This document shows, piece by piece, positions 9,006 through 19,350 of a stretch of DNA of 64,000 bases; positions within the stretch are counted from its first letter, which is position 1, and every line of letters begins with the position of its first letter. The notes under the pieces are model-generated. The model ran no database searches, had not been told where the DNA came from, and saw only the letters and a program-made list of their open reading frames with translations. The translations under genes and the position numbers were made by a program. Source of the DNA: Deltaproteobacteria bacterium (lineage in GTDB: Bacteria; Desulfobacterota; Desulfarculia; Adiutricales; Adiutricaceae); assembly GCA_031288415.1 (NCBI GenBank), contig JAITRL010000298.1, positions 7,262 through 71,261 on the forward strand, given 5' to 3'.

Positions 9006-11048
9006 TTAAATCTGCCCGGACATGGACTTAAAGGCGGCGACCTCCTCCCTGGCCTGGGCGCTGGCCGCCCTGAGGCTCCGGTAAAAGCTCCGGGAGGCTG
9101 ATTCCAAAATCTCCTGGGAGCCGTACTGGGCTGGGATAAAGTGCAGGGCCAGGGCCGCGCCGGCACGGTGGATCTTCTCCTTCTCGCCGGAGAGGCCGAA
9201 GAAAGCTTTCATGTCCTTCTTGAGGAGGATCTCCGAGGCGAAGTCGGCCGCAGTACGGGTGGCGGCGACCAGCCCCAGGGTGCGGTAGCACAGCATGAGC
9301 TGGTCCCGGGGCCGGCTGACGGACAGATCTATGGTCTGGGCGAGGAAGTTCACGAGGACCCTCTCCACCACGGGGCTCCGCCTCTGGCCCAGGATCCAGT
9401 GAATCTGCCGGGCCAGCGACGGTTCCGGCTCGGCCAGGAGCTGCGGCAGGTGGGCGATGAGGTCGGTGTTGGCCTCCAGGATAACCCGCGAGGCCGCCTC
9501 CCTCACTTCGCGCTGGACGTGGCGCGCGGAGGCGGACAGGAAATCCATGTACTCCTTGAGTTCCCGGCCCTTGACCATGCCGATGAGACTGACGATGTCC
9601 GCGGTCGGAAGCGTGGAGTTGAGGAAGAGCCCGAGCTCGTGGCCGCCTCCGGGGGCGCGTTCGGCCACGGCTAAGAGCAGCTGGCTCTTGATCATCTCGT
9701 CGCGGCACTTGGCCGCCGTCGCGGCCAGGAGCCGATGGCTGTCCGGAGGCAGGATACTCAGCAGGCGTCTGAAGGAAACTGCGGCCTCTTCGGGCCTGTC
9801 CTTGAGGGGGGCAAGGGCGATGAGGCCCTCCATCACCGGCTCGGTGGCAAGCCACTTGGGGAATTCCGCCCGCATCTGGTCCAGGGCGGGGGAGGCGGCG
9901 CGGATGAGTCCCTCGAGCTTGCCGAGGATCAGGATCGGAGCCCCGAAGTCCCCCCTGGCGAAGGCGAACTTGACCATCTCCGCCAGGAACTTCAGGACCG
10001 TGCCCTGGCTTTCCGGGTCGCCGTGCTGAACCAGGAGTTCCAGGGTGAGGTCGATGCCCAGACCCAGGTGGCTCCGCTTGGCCTCGTCGGAGAGGAGCCG
10101 CTCCATCTCGGCCCTCTCCTGTGGGCTGATGGCCCAGGTCTGATGACGCCTCCCGGACTCCTGGTAGTCCTCGTCCTGGGATCCGTCATCGTCCCCTTCC
10201 AGGCCAGTTTCGGGCGGGCACAGGTCGCCCTCCTCCGGGAACAGGAAGGACTCCCGGGAGCTGATGCGGGCCCCGTTCCTGATCCAGCTCACGAGGGCCC
10301 CCAAAGCCTTGCCGCCCCCCGACTCCTGAGCCTTGTTGCGGGCGGCGGTGGCCAAGGCCTTGCGGTTGAGGCCATCCAAGGCGGCTTCGCCGGACTGGCC
10401 CACCGCGACCTTGAAGGCCGCTATCTCGGTGACGGGGTCTATCTCCCAGAACTCGTTGGCGGTCTTGTACTTGATGTTCTGAAGGTCCGCCTCCCACAGG
10501 GCGGTCACGAGGTCGTCCTCATCGTCTTCCCGCAACATCCTGAAGCGGTTCAGGTTGTCGATGAGGGTCTCAAGCTCGGAACGGTCCATGCCCTCCATGA
10601 ACTCTATCCACTGGACCCCGTCCCGGAAGAAGGGGAAGACCATCGCGGACTCGCCGGGCTTCTCCTGGTAGACGCTGACCCCCTGGAAGAGGAAGCTGTC
10701 CATGTCCACGAAGAGCTTAAGGGACTCGTGCTCGTCCAGGAACTCCGTGAACCACTCCTGAAGCTTTTCCAGGGAAGCCCGCCGAATCTTGCTGTTTTCC
10801 GGGTACAGGGCGCAGTTCTTCACCGCCACCACGAAGATCTGCATGCCGGCGCGCACGTCTTCGGCGATGTCCCTTTCCCGGTTAAGATCCAGCGCGTTCA
10901 CGAGCCCAGAGGCGCCCTGGAGCGCGGAAGGGGGCGGGACATGCGCGGGCTCCGCCCCGGGCGCCCCCGGCGCAGGCGCGGAGGGCGCCACTGGCGCCGG
11001 CGGAACCGTATGCCCTACGGCTGTTTCCGTGGCCTGGGCCGCGGCCAT
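9006..11048 (-). CDS. Hypothetical alpha-helical-repeat (HEAT-like?) protein whose N-terminal domain is paralogous to that of the adjacent HD-GYP protein
   Basis: 680-aa ORF with protein-like composition and GC3-rich codons. The opposite-strand ORFs are R/G/P-rich junk. No catalytic motif was recognised. Confidence 0.65.
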   Translation of the reverse strand: MAAAQATETAVGHTVPPAPVAPSAPAPGAPGAEPAHVPPPSALQGASGLVNALDLNRERDIAEDVRAGMQIFVVAVKNCALYPENSKIRRASLEKLQEWFTEFLDEHESLKLFVDMDSFLFQGVSVYQEKPGESAMVFPFFRDGVQWIEFMEGMDRSELETLIDNLNRFRMLREDDEDDLVTALWEADLQNIKYKTANEFWEIDPVTEIAAFKVAVGQSGEAALDGLNRKALATAARNKAQESGGGKALGALVSWIRNGARISSRESFLFPEEGDLCPPETGLEGDDDGSQDEDYQESGRRHQTWAISPQERAEMERLLSDEAKRSHLGLGIDLTLELLVQHGDPESQGTVLKFLAEMVKFAFARGDFGAPILILGKLEGLIRAASPALDQMRAEFPKWLATEPVMEGLIALAPLKDRPEEAAVSFRRLLSILPPDSHRLLAATAAKCRDEMIKSQLLLAVAERAPGGGHELGLFLNSTLPTADIVSLIGMVKGRELKEYMDFLSASARHVQREVREAASRVILEANTDLIAHLPQLLAEPEPSLARQIHWILGQRRSPVVERVLVNFLAQTIDLSVSRPRDQLMLCYRTLGLVAATRTAADFASEILLKKDMKAFFGLSGEKEKIHRAGAALALHFIPAQYGSQEILESASRSFYRSLRAASAQAREEVAAFKSMSGQI

Positions 11049-12000
11049 CTTAGGTCCGCGCCTCCTTCACGCTCCCTACCGCAGGGCCTGGCAGCCTGCA
11101 GGAAGGGGATTTTTTCGGACACAAGGCTCAAGGCTCAAGGCGCCCCTGGCGGCTCCTTAGGACAGTGAAGCGGCCTGAGGCATCGGAAGGGTTCGGCGCG
11201 GGGGGGGCGCCGCGGGCGCCTATAAAAACTTTACCACCGTTAAGGGCGACAAGGTTCCAGAGGCATCGAAGGGCGCGCGGGGGGCTGGCTGCAGTGAAAG
11301 ATATCCCTGCGGCCGAACCGGGTCCGAGCAACCCCTAGGCGGGAGGGGCCGCAGGAACGCAAGAGGGACTTTCGGTGGGGCGCTGGCAGGAAAGGCGGCC
11401 TTGATGGCCCCGAGGGCCTCCGGGTGAGGCCTTCGGCTGCAACCGGAGGCAGGGCCTGGTTGGCCGAACATTTCAGGACGGTCATGAGGGTCGTCTATGG
11501 CGCGGGCATACCGATAGGTTAAATGTACCACCCTTTCGGTCAGCCGACAAGGCCCTTGGCTCAGTGCAGCCGCAAACGCCCCCTGCCTCGCTTCGGAAGG
11601 CGTTCAGGCTCGAGGTTCCCAGTCTCCGCTAAGCCTCCTCCCGAAAAGAGAGGCGGAAAACGGACCGAAGACCTCTGGAGGACCCGGGCGCGCCTCAGCA
11701 GGCCACCGGCAGCCTCCCGCAGGTCGCGGGCTAAATCGCCTCCGCCTGGGGACGGCCTTTGACAAGCTCCGCTTCCTCGTAAGATCCGCCCCGGATTATC
11801 GGCTCACCGCCGCTCCGGCCCGTCTGGAGCCCAAGGTTCGCCTGCTTCCTTGCTCCTCTGCGGTTACGCGCCTCGGCGCCTCTGTTCCCTTTGCTTTTAG
11901 CAACCCTGGCTTTAGCCTCTCTGCCCGTCTGCTCCTTTGCCTATCCGCCTCCTAGACCCTTTGCAACTCTTATCTCTTTCACGCACACTCTCTCTTTCGG

Positions 12001-12135
12001 TTACTCTTTCTTTTATTCTTTCTTTTACTCTTTCTTTTACTCTTTCTTTTACTCTGTCTTTTACACTTTCTTTTACTATTTCTTTTAATCTTCTTTTACT
12101 CTTTCTTTTACTCTTTCTTTTACTCTTTCTTTTCC
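12001..12135. repeat. 12-bp tandem repeat (TTACTCTTTCTT)n, about 11 copies, the core of a ~470-bp G-depleted pyrimidine-rich tract
   Basis: Read directly: ttactctttctt ttattctttctt ttactctttctt ... with few substitutions. The flanking sequence 11960-12440 continues as degenerate C/T-rich sequence. Confidence 0.9.
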
Positions 12136-13237
12136 TTCTTTCATTCTTTTTCATTCTCTTTTATTTTTTAAGCTCTTTAATTTTTTGCTATTTTTTATCT
12201 ATTTTCTGTTTTGACTATTTTTTACACTTTTTTACTCTTTTTTACGTCTTTTTACTAATTTATACTCTTTTTAGCTCTCGTTTGCCCTATCTTGAACTAT
12301 TTTACCCTCTTTTACTTTCTATTTCTCTCTTTTACTCTCTCTCTTGCTGTCTTTTTTACTCCTTCTCGTTCATTGTTTTGCTCTCTCCCTCTTCCTACCT
12401 TTCGCCCCCCCTCTCCATCCCCCCCCTCTCTCTCTTTCTCGTTCACGTTCGTTCTGTAGCTCCTGCGCTCTGAGCCCTCAGCCGGAATATCTGGTTCCCT
12501 GCGCTATCAGGGCAGTTTCCCAGGGCCTCCCGGTTTGGGGGGTAGCCCCTGGCCCGTCAGGCGGTTCTCCAGACCCTGCAAGGCACAATGCCCGGGCTCT
12601 TTTAAGGAGCAGCACTGAGCCCTTCCGGGCTGTGTCCTGACCTTTCCTCAGGGCCACTTAAGGGCCTTATGGCTGGCTGCCGGAGCTGTCCGGAATCTCC
12701 GGAACTCGGCGGCGCCCCCTCCCGCAGGCCGCTGCCGCAGACGGCGAGGGGGCTCAGGCCAAGCAACGCGGCCTTTGCCGCCCGTAGCCTCGCGAAAACC
12801 GCCTCGAGGAGGGCGCTCTTGCGCGGCCTTAGGCCGAAAGCTTTCCCGGACCCCAGCCGGGCCGGGCCGGTACGGCAAGGCGCCTTTCAGCTTGCCCCAG
12901 GCCCCCGTAACGGAGGGCAGGCGCGGAGACGCGAGACAACCCCTACGGGCGGCAGGGGCGCCGGGATGTTCAGCCTGCGGCAACGCGCCTCCGAGAACGA
13001 GGCAAGCCGCGGCACGCCACTGGGCGGCGGCGCGCGTGAATCCCCAGGTGATCGCCGGCGGCTCAGCCGTAAGGCGGCGCACATGCTCCTGACGCATCTG
13101 CGGGCGCGGCCGGCCCGGGGCCTGCAGGGCCGCTCTGAGCAGTGCGCCTGCCGATGGCCCTGCCGACGGCCCTGCCGACGGCCCTGCCGAGGGCCGCGCA
13201 CCCAGTGGGTCCTTGAAGCAAGGGAGAATGACGGTTC

Positions 13238-16200
13238 TCAGGCCCCTTTGGAGTCGATTTCGGCCGCGGAGCGTGATTCCGGGCCGGCCTCGGGGTCAGG
13301 GGGCGTTCCGGGGCCGGAGGGGACGCCCGCGCCAGGGGCGGCGTCGCTATGCGCCTGCCCGCCGCCGTTGCCCGCGCCGCCGCCGGGGGCCTTGATCCAC
13401 TTGTTGAGGGCGTTGAAGAGGGCGTCCAGGTTGATGGGCTTGGTGATGTGGTCGTTCATGCCCGCCGCGAGGCTCAGGTCGCGGTCCCCGCTCATGGCGT
13501 GGGCGGTCATGGCGACTATGGGGAGCGACTCGTAGCCGGGCAGGGCCCTGATGGCCCGGGTGGCGGTGAGCCCGTCCATTTCGGGCATCTGGATGTCCAT
13601 GAGGACCAGGGCGTAGTCCTTGGCCTGGACCTTTTCGAAGGCTTCCCGGCCGTTGTTGGCTATGTCCACCTCGAAGCCCGCGTTCTTGAGGAGCTTGCGC
13701 GCCACCAGCTGGTTGACCTCGTTGTCTTCTGCCAGGAGTATGAGCGAGCCCTTCAGGTGAGCCACCTTGGCGGCGTCCATGACCTGGGGGCGCCTGGCCT
13801 TGCGGGGGCGCCTGGCCTTCTGGCCCAGGGCCTCGCCGATGGCGGAGGCCAAAGAGGTGGCCACCACCGGTTTGGGGATGACCACGCGGATGCCCGCTTC
13901 CAGGGCCCTGGGGGCGATCTCGTCGCGGTCATGGGAGGTGGCGATGAGGAAGGCCGGGCAGCGTTCCGCCGGCACGGCCTCGCGGATGCGCCTCGCGGCC
14001 TCTATGCCGTCCCAGCCGGGCATGCGCCAGTCGAGGATAGCCACGTCCACCGCGGGGGGCGCCGCCAGGCCCGCGCGGATGATCTCCAGGGCCTCGGCGC
14101 CGGAGGCCGCGGTAAGCACTCCCTTGAGGCCCAGGGACCTGAGCTCCTCGCGGATGACCAGGAGCGCCGGCTCGTAGTCGTCGACGGCCAGGGCGGTGAG
14201 GGACCTCAGATCCTCCTGCGGGGTCGCGTAGCGGCGCTTGCCGTCCAACACCCCGAACATGGCGGTGAAATGGAACGTGCTTCCCTTGCCGGGCGCGCCC
14301 TCGCACCAGATCCTGCCGCCCATCATCTCGGCCAGCCTCCTGGAGATGGCCAGCCCCAGGCCCGTGCCCCCGAAGCGGCGCGTGACCGAGGTGTCGGCCT
14401 GGTTGAAGGCGGTGAACAGCTTGCGGATCTGTTCCTCGGTAAGCCCGATCCCGGTGTCCTGGATGCTGAACTTGAGGATGGACTGCCCCTTGCTCTCCTG
14501 AAGCACCTCGATGGAAAGGGTGACCCGCCCCTTTTCCGTGAACTTCACGGCGTTGCTCATGAGGTTGTTGAGGATCTGCCCCAGGCGCAGGGGATCCCCC
14601 TCCAGGGAGGTGGGGGTGTCGGGGCTCACCGAGAGCAGGAGCTCGAGGCTCTTCTCGTTGGCGCGGACCACCACGAGGTTCAGCGAGGAGTCGATCACCT
14701 CCTCGAGCTGGAAGCCGATGCGCTCCATGGAGAGTTTGCCGGCCTCTATCTTGGTGAAGTCGAGGATGTCGTTGATGATGCCCAGCAGGCTCCGGGCGGC
14801 GGAGGCCGTCTTCTCCAGGTAGTCGCGCTGGACTTCGGTGAGATCCGTCTGGAGGGCAAGCTGGGTGAGGCCCACGATGGCGTTCATGGGGGTGCGGATC
14901 TCGTGGGACATGTTGGCCAGAAACTCGCTCTTGGCCTTGGCCGAGTCCTCGGCGATGTCCTTGGCGAGGGCGAGATCCCTCGCGTTCTCCCGCAGCTCCG
15001 TAACGTCCGTGAACCACGTCATCACCCCGCGCCGGCCGTAGTAGTCCGAGGCGAAGGCGTTGACCAGCACCTCCCTGGCGGCCCCGTCCATGCGGTAGAC
15101 CTTCATGGGGCGCCAGTTGAGGCTCTCGCCGGCGTCAAGATCGCGCAGGGCATCCTCGAGCTCCTCGCGCATCGCGAAGCAGCGGTAGAGGCTGTCGCCC
15201 TCCTTCATGCCCAGGTAGCTTTCGGCGAACGGCGTCATGAAGGCGATGAAGCCGTCCAGGGAGATGGTGAAGCACAAGGGGCAGGAGTCGAGGATCCGCT
15301 TGAAGAGGGCCCTCTCCCGCTCCAGGTCGACCTGGGCCTCCCTGAGCTTCAGGGTGCGCTCATCCACCAGGCGCTCGAGATCGCGGTTGAGGGCCCGGTT
15401 GCGGCGGTTCGCGAAGACGAGGGCGATAAGCGCGGCGAACAGCGCCGCCATGAACAGGGCGATGAAGGGAGCCGTGTCCTTGAGGAACTTGCGGTTGTAG
15501 TCGAACATGCGCGAGTTCCAGCGCTCGTTGATCTGGGTCACCGGGATAAGGCCGGCGGCCTTGCCCACCACGTCCCGGACCGCCAGGTCCCCCGTGCCGA
15601 AGGCGAAGCCGAAGGGCACGCGGTACTCGAAGATGAGGCCCGCCTTGAAGTTGGGGTCCTCGCGGTAGTTGGTGAGCGACAGGAGCAGGTTCGTGGACCC
15701 CATCACGAACATGATGTCCCCGCGCTTCAGGGCTTCCAGGGCCAGGTCCAGGTCACGGTACCAGATGATGTTGCGGCTGCTGGGGAACCATTTGCGGAAA
15801 AGCTCGCTCCGGCGGTCGCCGCGCACGAGCCCCACGGTCCCGTAGAAGAGCTGGTCGAACTTGATCTCCGGGCTCTCCAGGCGGGTGAGCAGGGCGAAAC
15901 GGTCCCAGGAGTGAGGGCGGGGGGAGCGCACCAGGCCCATCTGGTCCTGGTACATGAAGTTGTAGGCGGCCAGCATGTCCGCATCCCCCGAGAGGGCCAT
16001 GGCCTCGAGTTCCTCGGTGGGGGTCCCGGGGGGGTTGACGATCTCGAACTCGATCCCCGCCAGGCGGGAGATCTCGGCGAGGGAGTCATGGGCGATGCCC
16101 TGGAAGGCCCCCGCGCGCTCGTCCCAGAAGCTCACCGGGTAGTCGTCGGAATCGGCCGCCACCCGGATACGCGCCCCCTCGTCCTGGAAGCGCCAAAGCA

Positions 16201-17128
16201 GGGCGCGCTGCCCGGCCGTGAGGCCCCGCTCGAAAAGGTCGCGCTGGTTGCCCAGGCTGGCCTCCGCGTAGAGCCGGGAGAGGTACTCGTCGCCCCCCGC
16301 CAGGATGAACTTCCTGACGATGCTGACGACGGGCGCCAGCTCCCGGTTGGATGTGGCCAGCACCAGCGGCAGATCCACGGGCGGGAAGTAGTCCTCCGCG
16401 CTGATGTCCTCGTAGGCGTCGAAGAACGGCAGGGCGCTGGAGTCCTCGAAAAAGGCATCCATGGTGCCTGAGGCGAGCCGGTCGGCCGCCTCGGCGTAGG
16501 ATGTGACGGACACGCCCTCCGCCGGAAAGCCGCTGGCCCTGAGGACCCGCTCCCGGAGGCCCGTGCCCGGCAGGAACCCGAAGACCGGACGTCTCCGGGA
16601 GGAGAGGACCCTGAGGTCTTCCGTGCCCCGGAGCTTGAAAACCTTGACGATGCGCTCGTAGATGGGCGGAGTCAGGTACAGCCCCTTGCCAGCCTCTTCC
16701 GTCAGCTCCAGCTCGCTCGCGAAGTCCAGCCACCCCTCGAGGAGGGCCGTGTTGAGCTCGCCGCGCTCGTAATAGGCGTGCCGGAACTGGATATGGAGCA
16801 TCTCCGAGAGGAAACCGGTGAAGGCGATGAGGAAGCCGGCGGGCCTCCCGGCCTGGTCCTGGTAGGCCTCGGCGCTCCGCATGGTCCCGAAGCTCAAGGG
16901 CCGCCCCTGGGCCTGCAGGGCCTCGACCGCGTTGATCTCGGCCGGGGTGACCCCGGGGATGGTCCGGAAGTCCCGGATGTAGGTGGGTACGGCATCCTCG
17001 TCCCGGTGATTGAGGGCCTGGGGCTCGCAGGAAGTCAGGAGGGCCAGGGCGGCCGCCGCCAGGGCCGGGGCGACGGTCAAGGACAGCGGCCCGGGCCGGG
17101 CACGGGACAAAATCCGGGACGGCGCCAT
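13238..17128 (-). CDS. Hybrid sensor histidine kinase/response regulator (two periplasmic SBP-like domains, TM, PAS, HisKA, HATPase_c, REC, REC)
   Basis: - H-box FLANMSHEIRTPMNAI.
- N/G boxes NLMSNAVKFT, DTGIGL and GGTGLGLAIS.
- Two receiver domains (ILDWRMPGWDG and LMDIQMPEMDG).
- The start at Met104 (17128) gives a signal or lipoprotein-like N-terminus. The ORF extends to 17437 but that part is junk-like and overlaps cstA. Confidence 0.85.
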   Translation of the reverse strand: MAPSRILSRARPGPLSLTVAPALAAAALALLTSCEPQALNHRDEDAVPTYIRDFRTIPGVTPAEINAVEALQAQGRPLSFGTMRSAEAYQDQAGRPAGFLIAFTGFLSEMLHIQFRHAYYERGELNTALLEGWLDFASELELTEEAGKGLYLTPPIYERIVKVFKLRGTEDLRVLSSRRRPVFGFLPGTGLRERVLRASGFPAEGVSVTSYAEAADRLASGTMDAFFEDSSALPFFDAYEDISAEDYFPPVDLPLVLATSNRELAPVVSIVRKFILAGGDEYLSRLYAEASLGNQRDLFERGLTAGQRALLWRFQDEGARIRVAADSDDYPVSFWDERAGAFQGIAHDSLAEISRLAGIEFEIVNPPGTPTEELEAMALSGDADMLAAYNFMYQDQMGLVRSPRPHSWDRFALLTRLESPEIKFDQLFYGTVGLVRGDRRSELFRKWFPSSRNIIWYRDLDLALEALKRGDIMFVMGSTNLLLSLTNYREDPNFKAGLIFEYRVPFGFAFGTGDLAVRDVVGKAAGLIPVTQINERWNSRMFDYNRKFLKDTAPFIALFMAALFAALIALVFANRRNRALNRDLERLVDERTLKLREAQVDLERERALFKRILDSCPLCFTISLDGFIAFMTPFAESYLGMKEGDSLYRCFAMREELEDALRDLDAGESLNWRPMKVYRMDGAAREVLVNAFASDYYGRRGVMTWFTDVTELRENARDLALAKDIAEDSAKAKSEFLANMSHEIRTPMNAIVGLTQLALQTDLTEVQRDYLEKTASAARSLLGIINDILDFTKIEAGKLSMERIGFQLEEVIDSSLNLVVVRANEKSLELLLSVSPDTPTSLEGDPLRLGQILNNLMSNAVKFTEKGRVTLSIEVLQESKGQSILKFSIQDTGIGLTEEQIRKLFTAFNQADTSVTRRFGGTGLGLAISRRLAEMMGGRIWCEGAPGKGSTFHFTAMFGVLDGKRRYATPQEDLRSLTALAVDDYEPALLVIREELRSLGLKGVLTAASGAEALEIIRAGLAAPPAVDVAILDWRMPGWDGIEAARRIREAVPAERCPAFLIATSHDRDEIAPRALEAGIRVVIPKPVVATSLASAIGEALGQKARRPRKARRPQVMDAAKVAHLKGSLILLAEDNEVNQLVARKLLKNAGFEVDIANNGREAFEKVQAKDYALVLMDIQMPEMDGLTATRAIRALPGYESLPIVAMTAHAMSGDRDLSLAAGMNDHITKPINLDALFNALNKWIKAPGGGAGNGGGQAHSDAAPGAGVPSGPGTPPDPEAGPESRSAAEIDSKGA

Positions 17129-17420
17129 GGTCCGGGACAGGCTCTCGCGGCCAGGGGAAAGCGGGCGCCCGCCCGCGCGCGCGCCGCGCCCGAGGAGAGG
17201 CGGGCGCGGGAGGCGGAAAAGGCGCAAACAGCGCAGAAAGCGCCGGATTGCCGGGAGGCCCGGCAGGCACAGCGCGCCCAGGAAGGCCAAGGCGCGTATC
17301 AGGCGCGAAGGGCGGCCGCTCCTGCAGGGCCCGCAACGGGAGCCGGGGCCGGGGCCAAAGGCCTCGCCGGCGAAGGCCCTCAGCGGGCCCCTGGCGCCGG
17401 CCGGACTTATGTGGGAGCCC

Positions 17421-19265
17421 CTAGGCATGGAGGTCATGGTCCACGGCCAGGGCGAGCACCTTTTCCCCGAAAGGATCCGTCACTGTCGTCTTCACCCGCA
17501 AAAGCGTTATCCATCTGAGCACGGTCATGACGAAGACTGAGGCCACGAGCAAGACCACCAGAATTCCCAGCCCCGCCAGGACCCACTGGCCCGCAGGTAT
17601 GTAGGAGCCGGTAATCTGGATGGCCCCCGCCCAGAGACAGATGACCGCCATGAAGATCCCGGGCGCGCCCGTGGTCCACGCGTAGCGGGCCCGGCCCATG
17701 CGGATAAGCATGCTCGTCGCGATCAAGAGGGCGCAGGAGGCCAGGAGCTGGTTGCACATGCCGAACAGCGGCCAGATGGTGAAGATGTCCCCCGTCATCA
17801 CGAGGTACCCCCACAGGGCGGTGAAGGCGACCGAGGTGATCACGATGCCCGGCCACCAGCCGCGTCTGGCGAAGCTGGGAAAGAAGCGGCCCAGGGCCTC
17901 CTGGAGGAAGAAGCGCCCCACGCGCGTGCCGGTGTCCACCGCCGTGATGATGAAGACCGCCTCGAACATGATGCAGAAGTGGAACCAGTAGGACACGAGC
18001 CCGGTCATGTACGGCACGGAGGAGAAGATGACGCTCATGCCGGCGGCCAGCGTCACGGCCCCGCCGGGGCGGTTGGCGAGATCCTCGCGCACCGCGGCGG
18101 AGAGGGCCGGGAGATCCACGGTCTCCATGCCCAGGGCCGCGAACTTGTCGGCCGAGGCGGTGATGGCGAAATAGTCGGCGGGGACCAAGGTGGCCGCGGC
18201 GATAAGGGCCATCACGGCCACGAAGCCCTCGGTGAGCATGGCGCCGTAGCCCACGAAGAGGATATGGCCTTCGCTGGCCAGGAGCTTGGGGGTGGCGCCG
18301 GTCCCGATGATGGCGTGGAAACCCGACAGGGCCCCGCAGGCGATGGTGATGAACAGGAAGGGGAAGATGGGGCCGGGAACGTTGGGCCCGCCCCCCGAGA
18401 CGAACTCCGTCACCGGGGCCATCTGCAGGCCGGGCCTGACAATGGCCAGGGAAACGGCCAGGATCGCCAGGGTGCCGATCTTCAGGTAGCTGGAGATGTA
18501 GTCCCTGGGGGTCAGGAGGAGCCAGATGGGCAGGACAGAGGCGATGCAGGCGTACAGGGGGATCAGCCAGTTGAGGGTGCCGTGCGGCAGCGCGAAGAAC
18601 TGGCCGAGGACCCGGTGCCCCGCCACGTACGGTCCCGCGAGGATGGCCGCGATCAGGAACGCCACGCCCGCGGCGGTCACGAGCCTGACCCGGCCCGGCA
18701 GCCAGAATTTCAGGCACAGGCCCATGAGGAGGGCGATGGGGATGGTGGCCGCCACCGTGAAGGTGCCCCAGGGCGAGTCGCTCATGGCGTTCGCGACCGA
18801 GATGGAGAGCACCGCGAGCGTGAGCACCAGGATGAAGAACACCGCCAGGAAGGTGGCCGTGCCGGCGAAGCGCCCGATCTCGGCCTCGGCCACGTTGGCG
18901 ATGCCTCGGGCCTTGTGCCGCACCGAGGCGAAAAGTATCACCATGTCATGGACCGCGCCGGCCACGACGCAGCCGACGATGATCCACAGGGCTCCCGGCA
19001 TGTACCCGAACTGCACCGCCAGGACCGGCCCCAAGAGCGGGCCCGCGGCGGAGATGCTCGCGAAGTGGAAGCCGAAAAGCACGGTCTTGTCCGTCTTCAC
19101 GAAGTCCACCCCGTCCTCGTTGAGGGCGGCGGGGGTGGGCCGCGAGGGGTCAAGACGCAGCACCTTCCTGGCTATCCAGAGGCCGTAGAAACGGTATCCA
19201 ACGGCGAACGCGCACATGGCGACGAAAGCCAGGGTGAGGGCGTTAAGGCCGTTTAACGACTGCAC
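17421..19265 (-). CDS. cstA: Carbon starvation protein A family transporter (peptide/pyruvate uptake)
   Basis: 614-aa polytopic membrane protein with a CstA-typical N-terminus (YRFYGLWIARKVLRLDPSRPTPA...FGFHFASISAAGPLLGPVLA) and the expected overall length. Confidence 0.9.
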   Translation of the reverse strand: MQSLNGLNALTLAFVAMCAFAVGYRFYGLWIARKVLRLDPSRPTPAALNEDGVDFVKTDKTVLFGFHFASISAAGPLLGPVLAVQFGYMPGALWIIVGCVVAGAVHDMVILFASVRHKARGIANVAEAEIGRFAGTATFLAVFFILVLTLAVLSISVANAMSDSPWGTFTVAATIPIALLMGLCLKFWLPGRVRLVTAAGVAFLIAAILAGPYVAGHRVLGQFFALPHGTLNWLIPLYACIASVLPIWLLLTPRDYISSYLKIGTLAILAVSLAIVRPGLQMAPVTEFVSGGGPNVPGPIFPFLFITIACGALSGFHAIIGTGATPKLLASEGHILFVGYGAMLTEGFVAVMALIAAATLVPADYFAITASADKFAALGMETVDLPALSAAVREDLANRPGGAVTLAAGMSVIFSSVPYMTGLVSYWFHFCIMFEAVFIITAVDTGTRVGRFFLQEALGRFFPSFARRGWWPGIVITSVAFTALWGYLVMTGDIFTIWPLFGMCNQLLASCALLIATSMLIRMGRARYAWTTGAPGIFMAVICLWAGAIQITGSYIPAGQWVLAGLGILVVLLVASVFVMTVLRWITLLRVKTTVTDPFGEKVLALAVDHDLHA

Positions 19266-19350
19266 TTTGTTCCACTAAGTTGGCCGCCGGGGCTGCCGCC
19301 GGCGCGCGGCGTAAAGGCTTAAGAGGCATCAAGAATCGAGGGGGCCCGGG

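Noticed and set aside
7223-9031. Long ORFs antisense to or overlapping confident genes. Examples: 708..1691(-), 7223..9031(+), 9735..11168(+), 13349..16471(+), 17979..19256(+), 29021..30670(-), 31066..32994(+), 43027..44673(+), 50598..51815(-), 60486..62501(+).
   Set aside because: - Their compositions are R/G/P/A/H-rich, typical of off-frame or antisense reading of GC3-rich genes.
- No motifs were recognised.
- Each overlaps a gene with clear family signatures.
11912-12473. ORFs through the pyrimidine tract: 178-aa Leu/Phe/Ser-rich (+), 65-aa FYSF-repeat (+) and 80-aa KR-rich (-).
   Set aside because: They are kept open only by the 12-bp repeat periodicity, have extreme low-complexity composition and lack a convincing SD. 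The KR-rich minus-strand ORF is mentioned in the finding only as a remote possibility.
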